The notes below the pieces were generated by a model that saw only the letters and a program-made list of their open reading frames with translations, did not search any database and was not told the origin of the DNA. Shown one piece after another: positions 21,441 to 31,945 of a stretch of DNA of 64,000 nucleotides. The first letter of the stretch is position 1. Every line of letters begins with the position of its first letter. The stretch is taken from positions 2,944,001-3,008,000 of the forward strand of contig OZ250169.1 of assembly GCA_965237955.1 (NCBI GenBank). Direction: 5' to 3'. A program made the position numbers and the translations under genes. The stretch is from Candidatus Marinacidobacterales bacterium (GTDB taxonomy: Bacteria > Acidobacteriota > Vicinamibacteria > Marinacidobacterales > SMYC01).

Positions 21441-23969
21441 ATGAACGAAGCGACCGCTCGGATCAAGATCAACAAACTGCTCGAAGCCGCCGGCTGGCGC
21501 TTCTTCGGCGATGGAGACTCGCCTGCCAATATTTGCCTTGAACCCAATGTCACGATCAGAACGTCCGATCTCGACGCCCTGGGCAACGACTTCGAGAAAA
21601 CATCCAAAGGCTACATCGACTTCTTGCTTTTGGACACTAAGGGATTTCCCTACATCGTCCTGGAAGCCAAATCGGAGGACAAGAACCCGCTCGTCGGCAA
21701 GGAGCAGGCCCGCAAATACGCCCGCTCCCAGAATTGCCGCTTCGTCATCCTGTCGAACGGCAACCTGCATTACTTCTGGGATCTAGAACGCGGCAACCCC
21801 TACGTCATCACCTCCTTCCCGACGCCGGAATCTGTATCCGGCTACCGGAAGGTCGCGCCCAACCCGCAGCGCCTGATCGGGGAACAGGTCGGCGAAGACT
21901 TCATCGTTCTCACCCAACGGCCGAATTATGCCTCTGAAGCTGCGTGGAAGAATGAAGCTGAGCGCCCCGGCTTCATTCAGGCCAACAAATTGCGCTTTCT
22001 GCGTGTCTATCAGCTCAGAGCGATCCATGCGTTGCAGCGGGCGGTACAGGACGGAGGCGATCGCTTCTTGTTCGAGATGGCGACAGGCACTGGCAAGACG
22101 CTCACCGCTGCCGCCGTCATCAAGCTGTTCCTCCGCTCGGGCAATGCCAGCCGAGTGCTCTTCCTGGTCGACCGGCTGGAATTGGAAGATCAGGCGCATA
22201 AGGTCTTCGCCACATTGCTTTCAGCGGACTTCCAGACGGTTGTCTATAAAGAGAACCGTGATGACTGGCATCGCGCCGAGATCGTCGTCACCACTGTTCA
22301 ATCCCTACTGTTCAACAACAAGTATCAGCGGCTCTTCTCGCCCACGGACTTCGATCTTGTAATTTCCGACGAGGCACATCGCTCGATCGGCGGTAACGCC
22401 CGCGCAGTGTTCGACTTCTTCGTGGGCTACAAGCTCGGGTTGACCGCGACGCCCCGTGACTATTTGAAGGGTACCAGCAAGACCGGCACTGCGGTGCATG
22501 ACCCACGTGAAACCGAACGGCGCCTCCTTCTCGACACCTATCGCACCTTTGGCTGCGAGAGCGGGCAACCCACCTTCCGCTACTCGCTACTCGATGGTGT
22601 GAAAGACGGATTCCTGCTCAACCCGACCGTGGTCGACGCTCGTACCGATGTGACCACCCAACTCCTATCCGAAGAGGGGTTTGTCGTCTCGTTCATCGAC
22701 GAGACGGGTGAAGACCTGGAGGAAGCCTACAAGCAACGCGAGTTCGAAAAGAGCTTTTACTCTGAGGCCACCAACCAGCTTTTCTGCAAAACCTTCCTTG
22801 AGAACGCGCTGCGTGACCCGATCAGCGGCGAGATCGGGAAGTCCATCGTCTTTGCTGTCAGCCAGAACCACGCAGCCAAGCTCGCGCAGATCTTCAACCA
22901 GATCGCTGACCGGATGTTTCCTGGCAAGTACCGGTCAGACTTCGGCGTGCAGGTAACCTCGCAGATCGCAGATGCGCAGAAGTTCACCATCAACTTCGCC
23001 AACAACAACCTGCTGGGCTCGGCCAACTTCCGTCCCGGCTACCGGACCAGCAAGGCTCGGGTCTGCGTCACGGCGGGCATGATGACCACCGGCTACAACT
23101 GCACCGATATTCTGAATATTGGCCTGTTCCGTCCCATCTTCTCGCCCACCGATTTCGTCCAGATCAAGGGACGCGGCACCCGTAGGCACGACTTCCGGGA
23201 TGACATTCTTGATGACAGCCTCAAGGACAGCGTCGCCGAGGCGCAGAAGACTGCATTCAAGCTCTTCGATTTCTTCGGCAACTGCGAGTATTTTGAGACC
23301 GAGTTCAACTACGACGAAGAGCTGAAGCTGACTCGGCCTCAAACGAGTAGCGGCGGGGCCGACATCGAACCGGTTCAGTTCGCTGGCTCTTACGAACACC
23401 CCGGGGCCGACATCATTGTCTCTGTACATGAAGAGACCATCGATTACGAAGGGATGAAGATTGACCGGATGCTCTTCGAGAAGTTCGGGGACACCGTGCG
23501 CCAAGACGAGACGATCGCCGATGCAGTGATGGCGGGCCAGTGGGATCGCGTAATCGATTACGTCAACCGAGAGGTCTTTGACAAGCCCGAAGAATACTAC
23601 ACCCTCAAGAAGCTGCGCCAAGCTGCCGCCGTGGACCGCCGCCTCACCTTGCGCGAAATTCTGGAGAAGGTCTTCGGCCTCATTCCCGATTTCAAATCTA
23701 AGGATGAGTTATTGGAAGAGGAGTTTGCGAAGTTCGTAGCCGATTGCAAGCCCGACGAGGCCAACGCCATCCAGGCCATCAAGACCTACTTCAAAGCCTA
23801 TGCCACCAGCAACCAAGTACGCGACATCATCGATGGCAAACGATTCGCCGAGCTCGCTACCAACCCGTCCTTTTCCACCGGCGACTTCAGCGCTGTGCCG
23901 GACAAGTACCGTAACCTCATTCCGGAATACGTCAAGGACTACGTTTCCTTGAACCAGTTCGCCCCGTAG
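21441..23969 (+). CDS. hsdR: Type I restriction enzyme R subunit-like DEAH helicase/nuclease
   Basis: YIDF...VLEAK nuclease motif, MATGTGKT, DEAHRS, GLTATP, QIKGRGTR. Confidence 0.85.
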   Translation: MNEATARIKINKLLEAAGWRFFGDGDSPANICLEPNVTIRTSDLDALGNDFEKTSKGYIDFLLLDTKGFPYIVLEAKSEDKNPLVGKEQARKYARSQNCRFVILSNGNLHYFWDLERGNPYVITSFPTPESVSGYRKVAPNPQRLIGEQVGEDFIVLTQRPNYASEAAWKNEAERPGFIQANKLRFLRVYQLRAIHALQRAVQDGGDRFLFEMATGTGKTLTAAAVIKLFLRSGNASRVLFLVDRLELEDQAHKVFATLLSADFQTVVYKENRDDWHRAEIVVTTVQSLLFNNKYQRLFSPTDFDLVISDEAHRSIGGNARAVFDFFVGYKLGLTATPRDYLKGTSKTGTAVHDPRETERRLLLDTYRTFGCESGQPTFRYSLLDGVKDGFLLNPTVVDARTDVTTQLLSEEGFVVSFIDETGEDLEEAYKQREFEKSFYSEATNQLFCKTFLENALRDPISGEIGKSIVFAVSQNHAAKLAQIFNQIADRMFPGKYRSDFGVQVTSQIADAQKFTINFANNNLLGSANFRPGYRTSKARVCVTAGMMTTGYNCTDILNIGLFRPIFSPTDFVQIKGRGTRRHDFRDDILDDSLKDSVAEAQKTAFKLFDFFGNCEYFETEFNYDEELKLTRPQTSSGGADIEPVQFAGSYEHPGADIIVSVHEETIDYEGMKIDRMLFEKFGDTVRQDETIADAVMAGQWDRVIDYVNREVFDKPEEYYTLKKLRQAAAVDRRLTLREILEKVFGLIPDFKSKDELLEEEFAKFVADCKPDEANAIQAIKTYFKAYATSNQVRDIIDGKRFAELATNPSFSTGDFSAVPDKYRNLIPEYVKDYVSLNQFAP

Positions 23970-23978
23970 AAACCTACC

Positions 23979-26447
23979 ATGCTGGATTCCAACACCAAGC
24001 GCCGCATCGACACCGCCCGAGACATCCTGGTCGGCAAGGTTCCGGACCCTAAGAGCCAGGTCGAGCAGATCACCATCGCGCTGATCTACAAGTTCATGGA
24101 CGACATGGACGCCGAGAGCGAGGAGTTCGGCGGGAAGCGCAGCTTCTTCGCCGACGAGTTCGCCCGCTATGGATGGGCCAAGCTGATGCGCGCCGGCCTC
24201 GGCGGCCATGAGACCTTGAACCTCTACGCCGAGGCCATCACCAAGATGCCTGAGAATCCCGGCATTCCACCTTTATTTCGCGATATCTTCAACAACGCCT
24301 ACCTGCCATATCGCGATCCGGAGACCCTTCGCGCCTTTCTAAAAATCATCGACGCGTTCACGTACGACCACTCCGAGCGCCTAGGTGACGCCTTCGAGTA
24401 TCTGCTCTCGGTCCTCGGCTCGCAGGGGGACGCCGGGCAGTTCCGCACCCCGCGCCATATCATTGACTTCATCGTCGCCATCATCGAGCCGAAGAAGGGC
24501 GAAACGGTGCTGGACCCCGCGTGTGGTACCGCCGGATTTCTGATCTCATCCTACAAGCACATCCTTGCCGCCAACACTGACCCGCAAGGCGTCAGCACGC
24601 TGACGCCGGATGACAAGGAGCGGCTAGCGGCGAACTTCAAAGGCTACGACATCTCGCCCGACATGGTGCGCCTGTCTTTGGTGAACATGTACCTGCACGG
24701 CTTTGCTGCCCCGCCTATCTTCGAGTACGACACGCTGACCAGCGAGGAGCGGTGGAACGAGTATGCGGACGTAATTCTGGCGAAGAACCCTCCGTTCATG
24801 TCTCCGAAGGGTGGTATACGGCCGCACAACCGGTTCTCAGTGCAATCCAAGCGGAGTGAGGTGCTGTTCGTGGACTACATGGCCGAGCACCTGACGCCCT
24901 CTGGCCGCGCCGGCATCATCGTGCCCGAGGGAATCATCTTCCAGAGCCAGAACGCCTACAAACAGCTTCGTAAGATGCTGGTAGAGGAATACTTGGTTGC
25001 TGTCGTTTCTTTGCCGGCTGGTGTGTTCAATCCCTATTCGGGCGTCAAGACGTCGATTCTCATCCTCGACAAGTCGCTTGCGAAGAAGACGGATCGTATC
25101 GCCTTCTTGAAGATCGAAAACGACGGTTTCGGTCTGGGCGCTCAGCGGCGCCCCATTGACAAAAATGACATACCGCAGATCCAGACCGAGATTGGCAAGT
25201 ACCTGCAATGGCTGCAAGCGGGGATACCACTAGACGGCTTCCGGCCTGCGCTCGGCCTTTTCGTACCGAAGGAAAAGATCGGCGCGAACGAGGAGTACAA
25301 CCTCAGTGGAGAGCGATATCGGGAAGAAGTAGTGCAATCAAAGCACTTTCCTTGGAGAACGGTGGAATCGCTCGTCGAGACAATCACTCCTCCATTCAAG
25401 ATCCAGAAAGCTGCTTTCGGAAGCAGCGGACGATTTCCCATCATCGATCAATCTCAAGATGCTATCGCAGGCTGGACGGATGATGAGTCCACATTGGTTC
25501 ACCCCACCAAACCGTTGGTTATCTTCGGCGATCACACGTGCGCACTTAAACTGATAGATGCGCCATTCGCACAGGGAGCAGACGGCATTAAAATCTTGCA
25601 AACCGTAGACGCGCTCGACCCACTTTTCCTCTTCCGCGTTCTCCGTGCCAGACCCCTCGAGAGTAGTGGTTATCAGAGGCATTACTCAAAGCTCAGAGAA
25701 CATCAAATCCCTCTGCCGCCGTTGGAGGTACAGAAGGAGATCGTCGCCGAGATCGAGGGTTACCAGAAGGTCATCGACGGTGCCCGCGCCGTCGTCGACC
25801 ATTATAGGCCGCACATTGCCGTAGACCCTGAATGGCCGTTGGTCCCCATTAAAGAGGTGGCGGCGGTTGAGAGTGGCTTCGGCTTCCCGATAGATCGTCA
25901 GGGCCAGAATGATGAGGGGATTCCGTTTCTGAAGGTCAGCGACATGAACCTCCCAGGGAATGAAGTGCGCATCGTGTCATGGAACAATTCTGTCTCACGC
26001 GAAGTCCTGCTCGAGTTGAAGGCAAAGGCGTTTCCCACAGGAACCGTAATCTTTCCGAAGATTGGTGCAGCTATCGCGACGAACAAGAAGCGCATCCTGA
26101 CAAGGGAGTCGACCTACGACAACAACGTAATGGGCATCGTCTCTGACCGCGCCCGTCTCGTGCCTGAATACTTACACACCTATCTTCTTGGCTTCAATCT
26201 TTCACGATGGGCAAGTGACGCGCAGCCACCGTCAATGCGAAAGACGGCGGTGGAAGCCCATGATATTCCCCTCCCGCTCCTCATCATACAGCAAGCCATC
26301 GTAGCTGAGTTCGAAGCCGAGCAGGCGTTGGTCAACGCCAACCGCGAGCTGATTGCCCGCTTCGAGAAGAAGATCAGCGCTGCCATCGGGCGAGTATGGG
26401 GCGAAGCTGAACCCGTCCTGTGCCAAAACTCGGCCCTTTTGAAATAG
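23979..26447 (+). CDS. N6-adenine methyltransferase fused to specificity subunit (HsdM-HsdS); last 10 aa supplied by an A end
   Basis: GQFRTPRH, DPACGTAGFL, NPPF, then two TRDs with IPLPPLEVQKEIV and IPLPLLIIQQAIV. Confidence 0.88.
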   Translation: MLDSNTKRRIDTARDILVGKVPDPKSQVEQITIALIYKFMDDMDAESEEFGGKRSFFADEFARYGWAKLMRAGLGGHETLNLYAEAITKMPENPGIPPLFRDIFNNAYLPYRDPETLRAFLKIIDAFTYDHSERLGDAFEYLLSVLGSQGDAGQFRTPRHIIDFIVAIIEPKKGETVLDPACGTAGFLISSYKHILAANTDPQGVSTLTPDDKERLAANFKGYDISPDMVRLSLVNMYLHGFAAPPIFEYDTLTSEERWNEYADVILAKNPPFMSPKGGIRPHNRFSVQSKRSEVLFVDYMAEHLTPSGRAGIIVPEGIIFQSQNAYKQLRKMLVEEYLVAVVSLPAGVFNPYSGVKTSILILDKSLAKKTDRIAFLKIENDGFGLGAQRRPIDKNDIPQIQTEIGKYLQWLQAGIPLDGFRPALGLFVPKEKIGANEEYNLSGERYREEVVQSKHFPWRTVESLVETITPPFKIQKAAFGSSGRFPIIDQSQDAIAGWTDDESTLVHPTKPLVIFGDHTCALKLIDAPFAQGADGIKILQTVDALDPLFLFRVLRARPLESSGYQRHYSKLREHQIPLPPLEVQKEIVAEIEGYQKVIDGARAVVDHYRPHIAVDPEWPLVPIKEVAAVESGFGFPIDRQGQNDEGIPFLKVSDMNLPGNEVRIVSWNNSVSREVLLELKAKAFPTGTVIFPKIGAAIATNKKRILTRESTYDNNVMGIVSDRARLVPEYLHTYLLGFNLSRWASDAQPPSMRKTAVEAHDIPLPLLIIQQAIVAEFEAEQALVNANRELIARFEKKISAAIGRVWGEAEPVLCQNSALLK

Positions 26448-26796
26448 ACCATAAATCAGCAGCTTAGTGTCTGTGTTTGCGACCGGGCCAAGGGCCGTAG
26501 GCTTTACAATCGTCTGGCCCGAGGGCGGAGGGCGTCCTGTGCCAAAACTCGGCCCTTTTGAAATAGACCACAAATCAGCAGCTTAGACGCCCTTGGAATC
26601 CGCGCAGAATCGAGGGTATTTCGCGCCGCAGGGCTGGCTTCCGACCCCAGAGCAGCGGGTGGCGAGCGACAGGCCCACCGGGGGTGCGCACGGCTGGCTC
26701 AAATCGGCTGCGGGGCGAGCTACGGGCAGTGAACTTCGCACTCGGAAGTCCCTCATTAGACTGGACTTTATCGAGCACAAGAGCGAACGTTCGGGG

Positions 26797-27094
26797 ATGC
26801 CGCAGGATACAGGGGTTGGCCGGAACGTCGGTTTGGACGGTTTGGACTTCGCCAGCTTACGGCGGGTCTGGGAGCAGACCTTTGGGGCTGCTCCTCCAAG
26901 CTCGCTCTCGCGTGTTTTCCTGCGCCGCGTTCTTGCGTACGAACGCCAGTGCCGGACCCTTGGCTGGCATTCGGCCACAACCCGGCGCGCTCTGGCTGCC
27001 ATGGCGAACGGGACGCCAGGCAACGGCGCCGCCGCTCCCGCAGGGTCCGTTTCTGCCGGCACCCATCTCGTCCGTGAGTGGAATGGCCGGACCT
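26797..27094 (+). pseudogene. DUF2924 copy truncated by an A end
   Basis: Similarity to 14198-14490, ending at ...GGACCT. Confidence 0.85.
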
Positions 27095-27254
27095 CGTCCT
27101 GTGCCAAAACTCGGCCCTTTTGAAATAGGCCATAAATCAGCAACTTAGTGTCTGTGTTTGCGACCGGGCCAAGGGCCGTGGGCTTTACAATCGTCTTGGG
27201 CGGGCGGGTCGTCACCATGCAGATGACCACCTAGTCGAGAGCGAATATCGAAGC

Positions 27255-27460
27255 ATCCTCAAATACATCCGCACGACCACCACCTCTTCCGGTTTGCGAG
27301 TACGCGCACACCTTATCCGGCGTCGTTATCCGAAGGGCGTCAAAATCACTGACGAGCGGATGCAGGCGCTTTCCGTTACAAAGGACCAGACTCTACCCAA
27401 ATGGAACTACACCATCCGACCGCCTTGAAAACGGGAACTTATTTTGTCGCCGGCCCTAAG
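27255..27460 (+). mobile_element. ISAzo13-family transposase 3' fragment and right end
   Basis: IRTTTTSSGLRVRAHL...YPKGVKITD...PKWNYTIRP*. Confidence 0.75.
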
Positions 27461-27572
27461 GGGGCAGCGGCTTCGCCTTCTAGGCCACCCTGTGCCAACG
27501 CGGCATCGCAGGGACTGCCGGTCAAGGCAGTGCAGATCAGCCGTTCGAGGCCCCGTTCGCTGGTGTCGGTCG

Positions 27573-28258
27573 TCACACCGCAGCCTCCTCGGGGGCGGCG
27601 GCGAGGTCGTCGGTGAGGGCATTGGTCTCGTCGCGAGGCTCCGGTTCCTCGGCCTCGTCCGGAAGCCGCGCCGCCGCCTCGCGCACATCGAGCTTCCCGG
27701 TAACTACATCAGCGACCAGGCGGGTGCGGTATTCGCGGAGAAGAGAGAGTTCGCCGTGCGCGAGGTCAATAGCACGCCGTGCGTCTGCCGACTCTTTGCT
27801 GACGACGTCGACGATGCCACGCTGCTCTTCCGGTGGCGGACACAACAACTTGATACGAAGGAACTCTTCCGGGTACATCCTCAGTCGTGACGAGCGGATA
27901 CCCGTTGACCGACGGATGTACTCGCTCTTGTATGGCGCCGTACGCAGCAGAAGGTCGGCGTACTCGCCAAGCAGTCTCGAAGAGCGGTGAGATCGGTAGA
28001 CAGCATACGAGGGACTAACTATTCCAGCCTGCCTAGCAACGCCTAGAGCGGCCATCCAGGCCCACATCGTATTGATGACTAGGTCGCCGGGCTTACACAG
28101 CTTGTGCCCAACGTGTGACACTGCCATGAACATCGTGATGTTCTTCTCACTTCGCGGCGTTACTCCGGTAATGTGAGACACGGACAGCAGTTCCTCTGAA
28201 CCAGTCTCAGAGCGCTCATCCGCTTCCCGGAAGTGCCATTTCGCCGGGCGTAGGTCCC
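27573..28258 (-). pseudogene. Type I specificity subunit (HsdS), C-terminal half
   Basis: GIVSPSY, PPPEEQRGIV, LREYRTRLVADVVTGKLDVR; 5' cut by the A end at 28259. Confidence 0.85.
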
Positions 28259-28739
28259 CGTCCTGTGCCAAAACTCAGCCCTTTTGAAATAGACCATTAA
28301 TCAGCAGCTTAGTGTCTGTTGTGCCTTCTATTTATTCATCCGCGCGTCCCGAACTTGATTGATCTTCGGTCTACCAGCACCATGCCGGCATGATTTCGTC
28401 GTTGGTTCCCGCTCTCATCTCTGCCTTCAAGGTTCGTCGCGAGCTAGCTCTCGAGAATGTCACTCTTCGGGAGCAGCTCGCCGTCCTCCACCATTCCGTG
28501 AAACGGCCGCTGGTTTTGGTGCCGCGTAACCCGCTCGTGTGCTAGAGTTTGAGCCTGATTTCGAGAGACGCAGTTCTTTCGGCGATGCGGGCTGGGCTGA
28601 CCACACGGTGCCTGACGTTCAGAGACACCTTCGTGTGCACGCCGACATCCTCATTAATGGCGTTCGCCGACACAGGCAGGCCAGCTGACACTAGCATTCA
28701 AACACGGCGTAGCAACATATCTGGACTCCTCTAGTCAAG

Positions 28740-29027
28740 CCCCTTTCTTAATAAATCTTCCATCGAAGCTGCGCATCCATCGCGTCGTGACGAGTGGGTC
28801 AGACTGCAAACGTATCTTCGGCCTCAGTGAGGAGCGTCTTGGGTGCTCCGGGCCATGATGGAAAATCCGCGCGCGAGGAGCCAATCACTTTGAACGACCT
28901 CTTAGGGCCAGTGTTGCTATCGGCTTGACCCCGCGCCGGTCCGACCGGTACGCCATCAGTTGGATGGGTATCGTCGCAGCCTCTTTTGGAAGGGAAAAAG
29001 GAAAACACGAAAGTGGAGCCTCTAAGT
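28740..29027 (-). ncRNA. Predicted bridge/seek RNA region of the IS1111 element
   Basis: Contains segments matching the target (28910-28919, 28886-28893) and the donor junction (28855-28863, 28811-28817). Confidence 0.75.
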
Positions 29028-30059
29028 CTAAGCGGCCATCGGCGACTGGAATTCACTCTCGCGGGTGGAGACGGCCCAGACGATCCGGGCGAGTTTGTTG
29101 GCGACAGCAATCACGGCCTTGTTGTGTCCCCGCGAGCGGTGGACCTTCCGAGCCCAGGCGCGGAGCTTGTCGGGCGGGCTCTTACTGACGTTCGCCGCGC
29201 GGAGCACGGCGCGCCCGCCCTGGGTGAGGAGCATACGGAGGTAGGAGTCGCCACGCTTGGTGATGCGTCCGAGGCGGCGAATGTCGCCACTGGAGTTTTC
29301 CTTGGGAACTAGGCCGAGGTAGCTCGAGAAGCGGCGCCCCGATGGGAAGCGGCGAAGATCGCCGACGAAGCCCACGATGGCGGTCGCGGTCAGAAGTCCG
29401 ATGCCGGGAATGGCGAGAAGTCGTTGGACTTCAGGAAGCTGCTTGGTGAGCGCCTTGAGCTCGTGCTCGATGCCAGCGCACTTGTCCTTGAGTTCTCGAA
29501 TCTCGGAGCAGGCATCACGGAGATGCGAACGGAGCACGTCGGGCAAATCAGAATCAGCGTCTTCGACGAGTTCGAAGAGGGCGGGCACGACGAAGTGAGC
29601 GCCCTTTGGGATGATGAATCCGAGTTCGCGCAGGATCCCGCGTACGGCATTGATGCGTGCGGTCCGTGTGGAGAGCCATCCTGAGCGCAGGCGATGGAGC
29701 GCGGCGAGGCTGTGCTGGTGCACGGACTTAATGGGCACGGGAAGAATCTCCTCGTTCCTGTAGGCCTCGAGCAACGCTTTGGCGTCGGCGCGGTCGTTCT
29801 TGCTCCCGCGTCGATAGGGCCTCACGAGGTGAGGTGGGAGCAGGACGACGTCGTGTCCCAACCTTCGGAACGTCCTTGCCCAGAAGTGAGCAGAGCCGCA
29901 GGCTTCGAGAAGCACGGTGGCAGCGCTCTGTTTGGCAAAAAACGACACCAACTTGGGTCGACTCACACGGAGTTGCTTGGACACCTTCCCCGCTTCTCCC
30001 GAGATGGCAATCTCGAAGACGTTCTTTGCAAGATCCACAGCGATCGTCGTATCTTTCAT
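29028..30059 (-). CDS. IS110 family DEDD transposase/recombinase
   Basis: AVDLAK, LLEAC, KNDRADA, IPGIG, YLGLVP..NSSG, ITKRGD.YLR. Confidence 0.93.
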   Translation of the reverse strand: MKDTTIAVDLAKNVFEIAISGEAGKVSKQLRVSRPKLVSFFAKQSAATVLLEACGSAHFWARTFRRLGHDVVLLPPHLVRPYRRGSKNDRADAKALLEAYRNEEILPVPIKSVHQHSLAALHRLRSGWLSTRTARINAVRGILRELGFIIPKGAHFVVPALFELVEDADSDLPDVLRSHLRDACSEIRELKDKCAGIEHELKALTKQLPEVQRLLAIPGIGLLTATAIVGFVGDLRRFPSGRRFSSYLGLVPKENSSGDIRRLGRITKRGDSYLRMLLTQGGRAVLRAANVSKSPPDKLRAWARKVHRSRGHNKAVIAVANKLARIVWAVSTRESEFQSPMAA

Positions 30060-30187
30060 TCGGACTCCTCCTTTTCGATGCGTATTCGACTGACTTTGGC
30101 ACATCGATGCCGTCTATGTCAGCGGAGGAGTCCATTCCATCACTTGATGGCGGAAGCACTTGATGGCGGAAGCACCGAATAGAGTCC

Positions 30188-31671
30188 ATGCCGACGGCAA
30201 GAACCAGCGAGAGCCACCCACTGCGCATCACGGCGATGACCCTGGGCGACGGCCGTGGCCGGATCGGCTTCTCGCAGTGCCCCGGTAGGATCGATCACTA
30301 CGCAATATCCGGGCCCTGGAAGCGGGATCTCGACACCGACCTCGACGCGATTCAGCGCTGGGGAGCGACTGCGGTGGTCAGCCTGATCACCCACGAAGAG
30401 ATCCCCGATCTGAAGGTGCACGATCTCCCGAGGGCGGTTCGAGACCGGCACATGGAGTGGTGGCATGCCCCGATTCCCGACGGAGAGGCACCGGAACAGG
30501 ACTTCGAGCACGCCTGGAAGGCCACCGGCGAGTCCATCCGGAACCGGCTGCGGCTCGGCTTCGACGTGCTGCTCCACTGCCGGGGTGGTCTGGGACGCGC
30601 CGGGACCATCACAGCCCGCCTGCTGGTGGAGTTGGGCGTGCAACCGGACGATGCGATCCGCCGCGTGCGCGACGCCCGCGAATGGACCATCGAGAACGGC
30701 TCCCAGCTGGCTCACGTGAGGCAGTGTTCGGCACAAGCACCATCGGTTCCATCCCGGAGACCGCGGACGACATCCACGACCGGGCGCTCGGGGCCTTCCT
30801 CGGTCTGGCGGTGGGCGACGCGGTCGGCACGACGCTCGAATTCTGCTCCCGCGATACGCAGCCGCGTCTAGAAGACATGGTCGGTGGCGGCCCGTTCGAT
30901 CTGCCGGCCGGCGCTTGGACCGACGACACGGCCATGGCGCTGGCCCTTGCCGACAGCCTGGCGGAATCCAAGACGCTCGACTGCCGGGACCTGATGGACC
31001 GTTTCGTGAAGTGGTGGCGAGACGGAGACTACTCGTGGAGCGGAGACTGCTTCGACATCGGAAACACGACCTGCCAAGCGCTCACCCGGTACCTACGGAC
31101 GGGTGACCCGGTCGCGGGTTCGACCGATCCCTTGAGCGCAGGCAACGGCTCGCTGATGCGGCTCGCCCCCGTTGCGCTCCGGTTCAGGCACGACCGGCCG
31201 CGCCTGATCGCAGCAGCCGCCGACCAGTCCCGGACGACCCACGGAGCCGAGGAAGCAGTGGACGCCTGCCGGGCGTTCGGCGAGCTCCTAGCGGACGCCA
31301 TCGCCGGGTCACCGTTCTCGGACGTTCTGGCTCCGAGACGGTTCACGGGAGCGGCGGCAATCACTCAGGTCATAGCCGGCAGCTGGCGAGGACGGACACG
31401 GGATACGATCCGCTCCAGCGGGTACGTCGTTCACACGCTCGAAGCCGCCATCTGGTCAGTCGCCCGCACCGGAGACTTCCGCAGCGCGGTGCTGCTCGCG
31501 GCCAACCTGGCCGACGACGCCGATACGGTAGCAGCAGTGACGGGGCAGCTCGCCGGCGCCCTCTACGGCCTGAACGCCATCCCCGACCACTGGCGGGAAC
31601 GCGTTGCCTGGAAGGATCGACTCCTGGCAGCGGCGCGGCGGTTGCTGTCGGAACCCCTTGCCGACCGGTAG
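30188..31671 (+). pseudogene. Dual-specificity phosphatase (CDKN3-like) fused to ADP-ribosylglycohydrolase; one frameshift near 30750
   Basis: HCRGGLGRAG in the first frame; GLAVGDA, WTDDT, GNGSLMR, DADT in the second. Confidence 0.85.
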
Positions 31672-31945
31672 AAGTTGGGTGGGTAGCCGAAGCACGGCTC
31701 TTGACCCGGTCGCAAACACAGACACTAAGCTGCTGATATTATGGTCTGTTTCAAAAGGCCGAGTTTTGGCACAGGACGGGATAGACTTTTTGCGGAGCAC
31801 ACCTGACGATGAGGGAACTGTGTCTTCAGAATTCTGGTTCAAACTCTAGCACGCGAGCGGATTACGCGGCGGCCACCAACACTTTGATGGCGGAAGCACC
31901 CGCCGATCTTCTTTTTTGCGGATCACAGGTAGCGAGGAGTAGCGC

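Larger units (their letters stand above)
28718..30140 (-). mobile_element. IS110 family, IS1111-type element
   Basis: Sub-terminal IRs TGGACTCCTC (28722-28731) and GAGGAGTCCA (30125-30134); CA core on both sides; non-coding region downstream of tnp. Confidence 0.9.

Noticed and set aside
30740-30770. Programmed frameshift in the phosphatase-ADP-ribosylglycohydrolase gene
   Set aside because: No slippery run seen; a mutation or sequencing indel is more likely (similar single indels occur near 20620 and in the first IS5).
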